Below, in pieces: positions 1-7,411 of a stretch of DNA of 64,000 nt; position 1 is the stretch's first letter; the number at the start of each line of letters is the position of its first letter. The stretch lies in IMG/VR virus record IMGVR_UViG_3300036823_000383, positions 1 through 64,000 of that record. The stretch is one strand, 5' to 3'. The notes under the pieces were generated by a model, which saw only the letters and a program-made list of their open reading frames with translations, did not search any database and had not been told where the DNA came from. This stretch comes from a virus. The translations under genes and the position numbers were made by a program.

Positions 1-1599
1 TCATGACGTCTCCGAGATGAAGAGTGGCGCAGGCGTAATGTTGCGGTTATGTGGCAAGTTGAGTTGTCGCACACGAGGGCATCGATTGATTCGCACGTGC
101 CTCACGGGTGAGACCGATATGTGCGACAGACTAAGGGAATTGACCAGGGGGTATTTGCGGACATCGGTCCTTACAGGTGAAGGCCCGCGGGTCGTGGCAA
201 AAATAACCGCTTTCGAACCCCGCGGAATCGCTCGCTGTGTGCAGTAGTTACACACCCCGGTGTGTCGAAACGTGTGAGGGCGGACGCGGTGCGGGGAACT
301 CCTCGGAGCGCGCGAGCTCCCGAGCGCCGGCGCCGCCGGGTGGCCTCCGGGGACATTCGGCGGAAGGCGCGCGACCGACCCTCGCGAACGAGAGGGCTCG
401 CTTTCGGCGCGCGTTGTCGGTATCTCTCGGCCGCGCTGGCCACGGCCGGTGAGTGCTCGGCCCCTTGGCGGAACGGTATACGCAGGGGATTTAAAATCCC
501 TGGACCGCGAGGTCGTCCCGGTTCGAGTCCGGGAGGGGCTACCGCTAGAATTCCCGCCGGATTCGTCTTCCGGGAGTGGGTCGCAGACGGAGCCGTCGTG
601 CTGCGATTGTGACGAATCTGTACCCATGTCCCGCTCGAGCTTCTTCCCGAATGCTTCCGCGGACTCCCGCCCGTAGACCTTGAAAACCATGGTCGTCGAG
701 CCATGGCCCATGAGCTTCGCGACGTCCTCTCGCGATACTCCGGCCTCGATGTTCCAGGTGGCGAAGGAGCGTCGAAGGTCGTTCGCCGTGACCCGCGGGA
801 TGCCGAGCTTGTCGCAGAGCGCCGGGAGGTCCTTCGACATCCGGGGCCAGGACGCCGGCAACCCGAGCCGCACTGCGGCGGTGAGGAGAAACCGGTGCGC
901 GTCGAGTGTGACCGGGATGATCCGATCGGACTTCTTCGTCTTCGTCCCACGGACGCGAACCGTCCAGTTCGCCAGGTCGACGTCATCAGCGGTGATGCGT
1001 GCGATCTCCGAGTGACGTGCCCCGACCGACAGTGCGATCGCTAGGGCAGCCTTCTTCGAATCGCTGAGCTGCGCGAACACCTTCGTCGCGTCTTGCCGTG
1101 TAAGGGTGCCGCTCCGAGGGGTGTACTCGATGGAGAACCCCACCGGGCGTAGCGACGAGATGTCGCCGGCGAACGCGCCGCCGCGCTTCGCGAGCTTGCA
1201 CATCTGCACGATCGCCGTGAGCTCCTTGCCGATCGTGTTCGACGACGCGCCCTCTTCACGACGCTGCGCGACGAAGCGGTCGACGCTCGTCGGCGTGATC
1301 GCGGCCATCTTCGTGTCCGCTCCGAAGATGCGCACGGCGTGACCGATCTTGACCGCGTACATCTCCGCAGTGCCCTCGGCCTTCGTTGCCGTCTTCACGC
1401 GGTTCAGCTCTTCGGACCACTTTGCGATAGTGGCCGTGTGCGAGGCTTCGTAATGCGGGTCGGCGGCGAGTCGCTCCCGCTCGGCGAGGTACGCTTCCGC
1501 TGCTTTGCGGTTCTTGCACCTCGTCGACTCCCGGTCACCGGTGACTGGGTCGGTACGGAGCCACCAGATCCCGCCTCGCTTGTAGAGCCCTTTCGACAT
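1..1599 (-). CDS. int: Tyrosine recombinase/integrase; frame reads on through the tRNA and host DNA
   Basis: N-terminal GLYKRGGIWW arm-binding motif; catalytic GARHSEI, GTKTKK, NDLRRSF, LMGH, KVY; the last ~200 codons are low-complexity and include the antisense tRNA; start set at ATG 1599. Confidence 0.93.
   Translation of the reverse strand: MSKGLYKRGGIWWLRTDPVTGDRESTRCKNRKAAEAYLAERERLAADPHYEASHTATIAKWSEELNRVKTATKAEGTAEMYAVKIGHAVRIFGADTKMAAITPTSVDRFVAQRREEGASSNTIGKELTAIVQMCKLAKRGGAFAGDISSLRPVGFSIEYTPRSGTLTRQDATKVFAQLSDSKKAALAIALSVGARHSEIARITADDVDLANWTVRVRGTKTKKSDRIIPVTLDAHRFLLTAAVRLGLPASWPRMSKDLPALCDKLGIPRVTANDLRRSFATWNIEAGVSREDVAKLMGHGSTTMVFKVYGRESAEAFGKKLERDMGTDSSQSQHDGSVCDPLPEDESGGNSSGSPSRTRTGTTSRSRDFKSPAYTVPPRGRALTGRGQRGREIPTTRAESEPSRSRGSVARLPPNVPGGHPAAPALGSSRAPRSSPHRVRPHTFRHTGVCNYCTQRAIPRGSKAVIFATTRGPSPVRTDVRKYPLVNSLSLSHISVSPVRHVRINRCPRVRQLNLPHNRNITPAPLFISETS
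459..541 (+). tRNA. tRNA-Leu(UAA), probable integration target (attL)
   Basis: Acceptor stem GGCCCCT/AGGGGCT, D arm TGGCGGAACGGTATACGC, anticodon stem GGGGA/TCCCT with loop TTTAAAA (TAA at 492-494), long variable arm, T loop GGTTCGAGTCC, discriminator A541 followed by CCG (full CCA not encoded). Confidence 0.95.
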
Positions 1600-1757
1600 G
1601 CGTTTGTTTCCTTCCAAGCTGTGAGCTTGTCTTCATCTACCCGTACCGAAGTGCCGACCTTGAAGCCGATCTCGTGCGCGATCTCGTACGCCTTCGGGCG
1701 CGAGCACCCGAGCGCTTCCTGGAGCTGAGCGACGGAGATCGATCGCGCGACTGTCAC
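1404..1757 (-). CDS. Excisionase-like HTH protein overlapping the 5' end of int
   Basis: ISVAQLQEALGCSRPKAYEIA..KVGTSVRVDEDKLTAW resembles HTH_17/Xis; GTG start overlaps the upstream TGA. Confidence 0.75.
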   Translation of the reverse strand: MTVARSISVAQLQEALGCSRPKAYEIAHEIGFKVGTSVRVDEDKLTAWKETNACRKGSTSEAGSGGSVPTQSPVTGSRRGARTAKQRKRTSPSGSDSPPTRITKPRTRPLSQSGPKS

Positions 1758-2170
1758 GACCCACCTCGCAGCTGCGCCGCGACGTCCGCCGGCACGTTGA
1801 AGAAGCCCTGCGCCCCGAGGCAGGGAACGATCTTCGGTGCCGGCTTCACGTCCTCGAGCACCAGCGCCCCCGGGCCCATGAACCACGGCGAACTCGCCTC
1901 GGTGACGAAGTCGACGATCGTCATCGCCCCGACGATGGCGCCGCGCGGGAGCTCCTCGAGCGGCGGCACCTCGAGCCCGCAGACGTCGAAGATGAACGCG
2001 GCCGCGTCACCGTACTCGCGCAGCGTGCAGCCCTTGGACGCGTGCAGGAGTACTCGGCCACGGAATTCGCGCATCCACGACGGGCAGCGCTCCCAGTCGC
2101 GGTTCTCGTGTCTCTTGTTGGCGTAGAGAATCGCCCACGGCCAGGGCTGGCGAACGGAGAGCGCCTTCAC
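1754..2170 (-). CDS. ASCH domain protein
   Basis: MKALSVRQPW...KRHENRDW...RGRVLLHAS...GAIVG...GAQGFF signature. Confidence 0.88.
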   Translation of the reverse strand: MKALSVRQPWPWAILYANKRHENRDWERCPSWMREFRGRVLLHASKGCTLREYGDAAAFIFDVCGLEVPPLEELPRGAIVGAMTIVDFVTEASSPWFMGPGALVLEDVKPAPKIVPCLGAQGFFNVPADVAAQLRGGS

Positions 2171-2517
2171 GCGGCACGTCCCTTCGACGGCGCGTTCGCG
2201 ATCCGCAGCAGCACGTCGGCGTGACACCGGTGTCCGGGCTTGCACCAGCACGCGAGCGTCTTCCCGCGGAGCTCGCGGACCACGTCGTCGACGGTGACCG
2301 CGAGCATGCCGACGAGGAGCGCGTGTTCGAAGTCACGGACGGCCATCTCACGCGCGGCGTCCTCGTCGTGAGGCGCGGGCGAGCCATCCGCTTTCGCGAA
2401 CGTGTAGTAGCCGAGCGTGTAAGGGTTCCCCCACTTCGACGGGCGCGAGACGACGACAGCGTGCTCCGGCTTCCGCCAGCCCTTCGTGCGTCGAAGCTGG
2501 ATCCGCGTCGGCATCAC
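2167..2517 (-). CDS. DUF4326 domain protein
   Basis: RIQLRRTKGWRKP..VSRPSKWGNPY...LRGKTLACWC...CHADVL. Confidence 0.88.
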   Translation of the reverse strand: MMPTRIQLRRTKGWRKPEHAVVVSRPSKWGNPYTLGYYTFAKADGSPAPHDEDAAREMAVRDFEHALLVGMLAVTVDDVVRELRGKTLACWCKPGHRCHADVLLRIANAPSKGRAA

Positions 2518-2747
2518 GCCGCCCCTTTCGGATCGCCGCTACCGATCCGGCCACCGCGCGCGCTCCACCCGGCGAGGTCTGGACCCTGGCCGCGAGCGCG
2601 TCGAGCGGCGGCGCTGGTGGACCGCCGCCGCCAGTTCGCCTGGAGCCACTCCCGCTCGTGCGCCTCGATGCGGGCGAGCATGGCGGCCCCCTCGCGTGCC
2701 GCGAGCACGCCCAGGACGAAGCCCAGCATGATTGCCGACGCCGTCAT
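2514..2747 (-). CDS. Small hypothetical membrane protein
   Basis: Hydrophobic N-terminus; stop overlaps the next start. Confidence 0.55.
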   Translation of the reverse strand: MTASAIMLGFVLGVLAAREGAAMLARIEAHEREWLQANWRRRSTSAAARRARGQGPDLAGWSARGGRIGSGDPKGAA

Positions 2748-2956
2748 GGGCGGCAGCTCCGCTGCTCGAAACGTTCCGGGATCTTCTCTACGTCAGACAA
2801 GCAATCACCTCCTGACGGGACCGGCGTCCCGCCGCGTGGCAGGCGGTTTTCAGTCGGAGAGGCGGTGTGGCCACCGCGCGTTCAGGTGACTCGATGCGTC
2901 GAGTCGATGGCCGAATGGCAGGCGTTCGAAAGCGTGTGCTGTAGTCGTCATGTTGC

Positions 2957-3433
2957 CTACAGCGCCCGCCGATAGCCGATGCGCGGGATGCCCACGATCA
3001 CGTGCTTCGCAGAGAGCTTCTTTAGCTTCGTGCGCACCATCGTCTCCGACCAGCAACGTCGGGTGGCGAGACTCAGCGCGTCGGAGAGCTCCGCAGCGTT
3101 GGTGATGCCGGTGGTCGCTGCGCACCGATCGAACACGGCAAGGAAACGGATCTCCTCCGGGTTCGGCGCGTACGGCTGAACGACCGGAGAGTGTTGCGAG
3201 CAACCTCGTACACGCTGAATATGGGAGTCGCACAATGCGACATGCGCGGTGGTCACAGAACGCGGAAGAGCTTTTGCGCTGGCGTCGGACGAGCCGAACA
3301 GCCTCCGCAACATATGATCCGGATCGGACGATGCCAGGTCTTCTGGATCGAGCACCGCGGCGGCAGCGGGGGAACTCTTCACGACGCACCTCGCGCAACG
3401 ACGCCCGAGGATCCATCGCGGCAGAACCAGCAC
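2957..3433 (-). CDS. Hypothetical protein with C-terminal winged helix
   Basis: AAELSDAL..SETMVRTKLKKL..VIVGIPRIGY resembles a wHTH; start uncertain. Confidence 0.5.
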   Translation of the reverse strand: MLVLPRWILGRRCARCVVKSSPAAAAVLDPEDLASSDPDHMLRRLFGSSDASAKALPRSVTTAHVALCDSHIQRVRGCSQHSPVVQPYAPNPEEIRFLAVFDRCAATTGITNAAELSDALSLATRRCWSETMVRTKLKKLSAKHVIVGIPRIGYRRAL

Positions 3434-3789
3434 GTTCCGTCAGGCTCGATCGTATAGAGAGAGCGGCACGTCGGGCAGATCACCGTCGGCTCGGCGACGG
3501 CGTCCGGAGGCGCCGCGGCGCACCTCTCACGGATCTCGTCGAAGCGCATCAAGTGCGGATCCGTGTCCCGCTCTTCCGGGCGCGCAGCGGTAGCTTGCTC
3601 GATGGCAGCGCCGACGGCGACACTCGCCTCGGGGACGCGCCCATCCGTCACTGGCTTTGCGTCGGGCGCGCCATCACTCCCGAGCGGCGCGCCGCGGGCT
3701 GCGCGGAAGAGCACAGCGTAGATGACCACCACCAAGAGAACCGCGGCGAGCGTGGCTCCTCCCAGAAACGTCAATGCAAAGGCGAGCAT
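3379..3789 (-). CDS. Membrane-anchored protein with C-terminal CxxC-CxxC zinc ribbon
   Basis: N-terminal TM; CPTC...CWFC. Confidence 0.55.
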   Translation of the reverse strand: MLAFALTFLGGATLAAVLLVVVIYAVLFRAARGAPLGSDGAPDAKPVTDGRVPEASVAVGAAIEQATAARPEERDTDPHLMRFDEIRERCAAAPPDAVAEPTVICPTCRSLYTIEPDGTCWFCRDGSSGVVARGAS

Positions 3790-4017
3790 CTAACGCCCCA
3801 ACTTTCGGCGCTCGGGTTGGTCCGACACGGCGAAGATCGCTGTCTTCAAGCGGCGCGCGAAAGGCGTTTTTCTGCTCGAGTATTCGTAGAGTTCGATGTG
3901 CGAGTTCGCCTTGATGGCCTCGAAGCAGCCAACGGTCTCTTCGTCGACGCATCGATCCACCTCTCGGTGGAGCGCACGCTTCAGAAGCGCGAGAGACGGG
4001 CGCAGCACCTTTGCCAT
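3790..4017 (-). CDS. Hypothetical protein
   Basis: ORF packed between cro and the next gene, GGAG-like RBS context. Confidence 0.45.
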   Translation of the reverse strand: MAKVLRPSLALLKRALHREVDRCVDEETVGCFEAIKANSHIELYEYSSRKTPFARRLKTAIFAVSDQPERRKLGR

Positions 4018-4020
4018 TGC

Positions 4021-4329
4021 TCAGCCGCCCTCAGTTCCGGTGGCACGGTGCTGCTCCTGGTCCTCGGCGCCTGGCAGCGTGAACGGCTCTGCCGGCGGCA
4101 ATGCCCACATGGCCACCGGCACTCCGAAGAGCTGCTGGAGCGGGAGCACGACCGCGAGCGGCGGTTTCCGGTCCCCGTACATGACCCGGTGGATTGCACT
4201 TCCGTCCTGGCCGCTGTTCTTCGTCAGGTCCGCGAGCGTCCACGCCCGTGCGCGCAGCTCGAGCCACGCCAGGCGAGCACCTTCCGAAAAGTGCTTGCCC
4301 AGGTTTCGTCGATGCATCGGAGAGCCCAT
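4021..4329 (-). CDS. Cro-like XRE HTH regulator
   Basis: WTLADLTKNSGQDGSAIHRVMYGDRKPPLAVVLPLQQLFGVP is an XRE HTH; divergent from the cI-like gene. Confidence 0.8.
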   Translation of the reverse strand: MGSPMHRRNLGKHFSEGARLAWLELRARAWTLADLTKNSGQDGSAIHRVMYGDRKPPLAVVLPLQQLFGVPVAMWALPPAEPFTLPGAEDQEQHRATGTEGG

Positions 4330-4425
4330 GAACAGGCAACATAGATGCGAAGGCGCAATATTGCAAGTACGCAAATGAGTGCGGCGCGGTTGCCGGCATC
4401 ATTGCCAGAGCGCAATAATGAACGC
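4330..4425. promoter_or_regulatory. Divergent lysis/lysogeny switch promoters with operator palindrome GCAATATTGC (4355-4364)
   Basis: Minus strand TTGCAA-N17-TATGTT (4366-4338); plus strand TTGCCG-N18-AATAAT (4390-4419) 6 nt before ATG 4426. Confidence 0.7.
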
Positions 4426-5064
4426 ATGGCGCGCCGCGGCAGCGATGACCCGCCGGATCTCTCAACTATTCGGGGCCGGTTCGAGTGGGCTCTGAAGCAG
4501 TGCGGTCACACGAAGCTCTCGCTGGCGCATGAAGCGGGGCTCGACCAGAGCCGGTTCTCAAGAGACATGAAGAGGCCGTCGGGCGAGGTGGTCCACGCCG
4601 TCACCACCGTCACAGGACTGGACTCCCGGTGGTGGCTCAAGGGCACCGGCACGCCGTGGCAGCCCGGACGGGAGCCGCGCCCCGAAGAGGTACGGAACCG
4701 CGACAAGCGGACGCGCGAGGGTCGGGAGGGGCCGGCGCAGGACGCTGAAGCCGCCCTCGAGGAATATCCGTTCGACGAAGGCGCTGACTACCGACGGGCG
4801 CGCGCGCTCGCCGCGTCCGACATGGTCCGTCTGCACGGCTGGAAAGCGTCACGCGTGATGGCGGATATTGGGAAGTTCATCGAGCGCTTCCACGAGCCGC
4901 ACGGCACGACGGATCGCCAGATCGCAGATGGGATCGTATCGACGATGGTGCGCGCTCGTGCCGAGGAAGAAGGCACCGCGAAGGTGAAGCCGGCGCCTTC
5001 ACGCGATCCGGCGCTGGCCCCTAAGCGACTCGCCGCGCGACCACGCGACGGATCGCGTCGCTAA
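4426..5064 (+). CDS. CI-like repressor (N-terminal XRE HTH, no S24 domain recognised)
   Basis: IRGRFEWALKQCGHTKLSLAHEAGLDQSRFSR..PSGEVVHAV..GLDSRWWLKGTG. Confidence 0.78.
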   Translation: MARRGSDDPPDLSTIRGRFEWALKQCGHTKLSLAHEAGLDQSRFSRDMKRPSGEVVHAVTTVTGLDSRWWLKGTGTPWQPGREPRPEEVRNRDKRTREGREGPAQDAEAALEEYPFDEGADYRRARALAASDMVRLHGWKASRVMADIGKFIERFHEPHGTTDRQIADGIVSTMVRARAEEEGTAKVKPAPSRDPALAPKRLAARPRDGSRR

Positions 5065-5623
5065 GCCAGCTTTTCCGAATACCGGGCGACATCTGTGGCG
5101 CTCGGAGCTCCTCGACGCTCGGCCAGGGCGCGGGCTCCCCACGCGTCCGAAGCAGGCGATCCGTCACCAACAAGATGGGCTGCCCTGTGACCTCGCCGAA
5201 CCGAAGCGCTGCGCAGCTCTGTGATGTGCCGAAGTCGAACGCGAGCTGGCGCCATCTCGCGCCACGCTCACGGCACGCGCTGACCGCCGCTGGCCGAGGT
5301 ACGCCGAGGCTCGCCGCAAGTCGGTCGGCTACGATCTCGGCGTCGGCCCCGCGATAGCCCTCCTCGATCAGCACCGCTTCCGCGCACTCGTGGAGCACAG
5401 CCCATCGGAGGCGGCGTGGCGGGAGGCCTTCGCGCACGTAGATCCGGCGCTGCCCGTTCACCCGCGCGAGGACGGCATCGCCAGGTAGTCCCAGGCCCGG
5501 CATCTGCCGAACGGCGACGAGCAGCTTCCTCGCGAGGCACATCGCGTCCACCGGTGCGTCCGAACGAAGCCTCAGCGTTCGCACCACCCGCTCCGCCAAC
5601 CCCTCGATGTCGATGCCCTGCAT
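5021..5623 (-). CDS. ImmA/IrrE-family metallopeptidase-like protein
   Basis: PVDA..LA, RIYVR..RRLRWAVLHECAE, E..ADRLAA.L..P, LA..FGTS pattern; convergent with and overlapping the repressor end. Confidence 0.8.
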   Translation of the reverse strand: MQGIDIEGLAERVVRTLRLRSDAPVDAMCLARKLLVAVRQMPGLGLPGDAVLARVNGQRRIYVREGLPPRRLRWAVLHECAEAVLIEEGYRGADAEIVADRLAASLGVPRPAAVSACRERGARWRQLAFDFGTSQSCAALRFGEVTGQPILLVTDRLLRTRGEPAPWPSVEELRAPQMSPGIRKSWLSDAIRRVVARRVA

Positions 5624-5744
5624 TTGCGCTCCCCATTCGACCAGCCGTCCCGTCGGTTGCTTCGAATCTTCACCGCCAGTCCCAACGTCGGGAAGCTGGT
5701 TACGTCCCCCAGGTCGGACAGGGTAAGACCTGCCTCGCTCAGTT

Positions 5745-5790
5745 CGCAATATTGCAGATTGACAATGTTGCGAATGAGCACGATAACGAG
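5745..5790 (+). promoter_or_regulatory. Early rightward promoter with operator copies
   Basis: GCAATATTGC at 5746-5755, TTGACA at 5759-5764 overlapping the variant ACAATGTTGC, GATAAC 17 nt later, GTG start 6 nt after that. Confidence 0.7.
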
Positions 5791-5793
5791 ATC

Positions 5794-6126
5794 GTGACCA
5801 ACGCAGAGGCGACTTTCCGCGAGTGCCAAACCCCGAAGACCTGCGCCAAATGCGGCGCCGTCCACGACGCGACCCGCTGGGCTCTGCTCTCATTCGTCGG
5901 CCTCCAGAGCGTCGACGAGGAGACCCTCGAGCTCCGGAACTGCCGCTGCGGCTCCACGCTCAGCGTCGCGGTCCAGCCTGGCACGGACACGCTCGAAGGC
6001 GTCGCGCCGGTACGCGCTGGTAGCGCCCCGACGCCGACGCGCGCCCCCGTCCCGGGACGGTACTCGTTCGTTCACGAAGCGTACCTTCGTCGGCTTGCCG
6101 AGTCGACGACGCGGGGTGTCGCGTGA
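5794..6126 (+). CDS. Small Cys-rich (zinc-binding) protein, first early gene
   Basis: KTCAKCG...W..L...LELRNCRCGSTL. Confidence 0.65.
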   Translation: MTNAEATFRECQTPKTCAKCGAVHDATRWALLSFVGLQSVDEETLELRNCRCGSTLSVAVQPGTDTLEGVAPVRAGSAPTPTRAPVPGRYSFVHEAYLRRLAESTTRGVA

Positions 6127-6422
6127 GCGGCCTCGGTTGCGTCGGCAACGGGCTCTACGTTCGCACCGGCGAACGGCGGACGCGCCTGCGACTGGTGCCC
6201 GTTGCGCAGCCTCGGGCAGCCGCGGAGCCGAAGCGTCCCCCGTGGACGCGGTTGGACGACGGTAGCTACGTCCTCGACTGCGGGGCTCGGCTGCATCGAG
6301 TCGAGAAGATCTGGTTCATCACCTTCCATGGGCGCTCTGTCCGCCTGGGTCGGCGCGCGACGTTCGTCACTGCGGCGCGCGCACTCGCCGCCTTCGCATG
6401 CGTGGGAGCGGTGTCCCGATGA
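6123..6422 (+). CDS. Hypothetical protein
   Basis: GTGA and ATGA coupled at both ends. Confidence 0.55.
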   Translation: MSGLGCVGNGLYVRTGERRTRLRLVPVAQPRAAAEPKRPPWTRLDDGSYVLDCGARLHRVEKIWFITFHGRSVRLGRRATFVTAARALAAFACVGAVSR

Positions 6423-6700
6423 GAAGCCCGCACCTCTGCATCATGCTCGCTGGCGCTGGCTTCCACGGCGCTGCCCAGATCCTCGAGCGAGCCGAGGACG
6501 CGCGGGCAGAGCGCGAGGCGATCGCGATCGCGCTGGCGACGCTCGAAGGCGCGCAGATCACGCTCCGGAAGCACCAGAAGGCGTTGCTGCACACTTCCGC
6601 TGCCTTCGAGCGTGGGCAGCTGAAGGGTCTCGAAGAGGACCTGGTGAAGCGCCTCGGCGAGCTCGTTACCCGCGAGGCGCGCCATGCCGCAGCTCACTGA
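6419..6700 (+). CDS. Hypothetical coiled-coil protein
   Basis: ATGA-coupled ORF in the early operon. Confidence 0.55.
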   Translation: MRSPHLCIMLAGAGFHGAAQILERAEDARAEREAIAIALATLEGAQITLRKHQKALLHTSAAFERGQLKGLEEDLVKRLGELVTREARHAAAH

Positions 6701-7073
6701 GCAGATCGCGCGAGACGCGGCTCGTCTTCGGCGCGCGCTCGGGGGCTTAACGCTCTGCATCGACTGCGGCGCCGAGAGGGCAATCGGCGCCAAGGAATGC
6801 ATGGCGTGCCGCCGGTGCACCCAGTGCGGTCTGACGGGCTGCTACCGCGAGGTGTGCGGGGAGGACGCGGGCATGGAGGCCGAGCGCTTCGACGAGCAGT
6901 TCGGACGGATCACCGATGCCTCCGCGGTGGTGCTCAGCGCGCTCTCTGTGGGGCCGATCTCTATCGAGCTCCTCAAGGAACGCCCGAAGTCCGCGCCGCC
7001 GGCGTCGTCGTTTCGTCCGGAGCACCAGGCGCGGATCGAACAGGCGCGCGCGGCGCGGGAGTGGCGGCCGTGA
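6684..7073 (+). CDS. Cys-rich hypothetical protein
   Basis: CIDC..CMACRRCTQC..C..C. Confidence 0.6.
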   Translation: MPQLTEQIARDAARLRRALGGLTLCIDCGAERAIGAKECMACRRCTQCGLTGCYREVCGEDAGMEAERFDEQFGRITDASAVVLSALSVGPISIELLKERPKSAPPASSFRPEHQARIEQARAAREWRP

Positions 7074-7411
7074 TCCCGACATCGCTCGTCGAGCTGCACC
7101 GGCTGCAGAAGGCAGCCGTGATCGCGCTGAAACCGCACTGCCTCGAGAGCCGCGTGAAGGACGCTTCGAATCGGTATGACCTCTACCTGGCTGCATGCGA
7201 GCAACGTCGCTCGCTCGTCAGCACGCGCTTCATCTCCACCCAGGTGGGGAGCCGCGACGCTGCTCGGCTGATCCGGGCGCACACCCAGGCCGCCTTCGAA
7301 GCCGTGACCGCTCTGCTCGCCGAGTGCGAGCGGGAGCTGTGCCTTTCTCCGAACCCGCAACCGACTGGAGATGCCGATGGAAACGCAATCGACCGCCCTC
7401 ACCACGACTGA
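7070..7411 (+). CDS. Hypothetical protein
   Basis: GTGA-coupled ORF. Confidence 0.5.
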   Translation: MIPTSLVELHRLQKAAVIALKPHCLESRVKDASNRYDLYLAACEQRRSLVSTRFISTQVGSRDAARLIRAHTQAAFEAVTALLAECERELCLSPNPQPTGDADGNAIDRPHHD

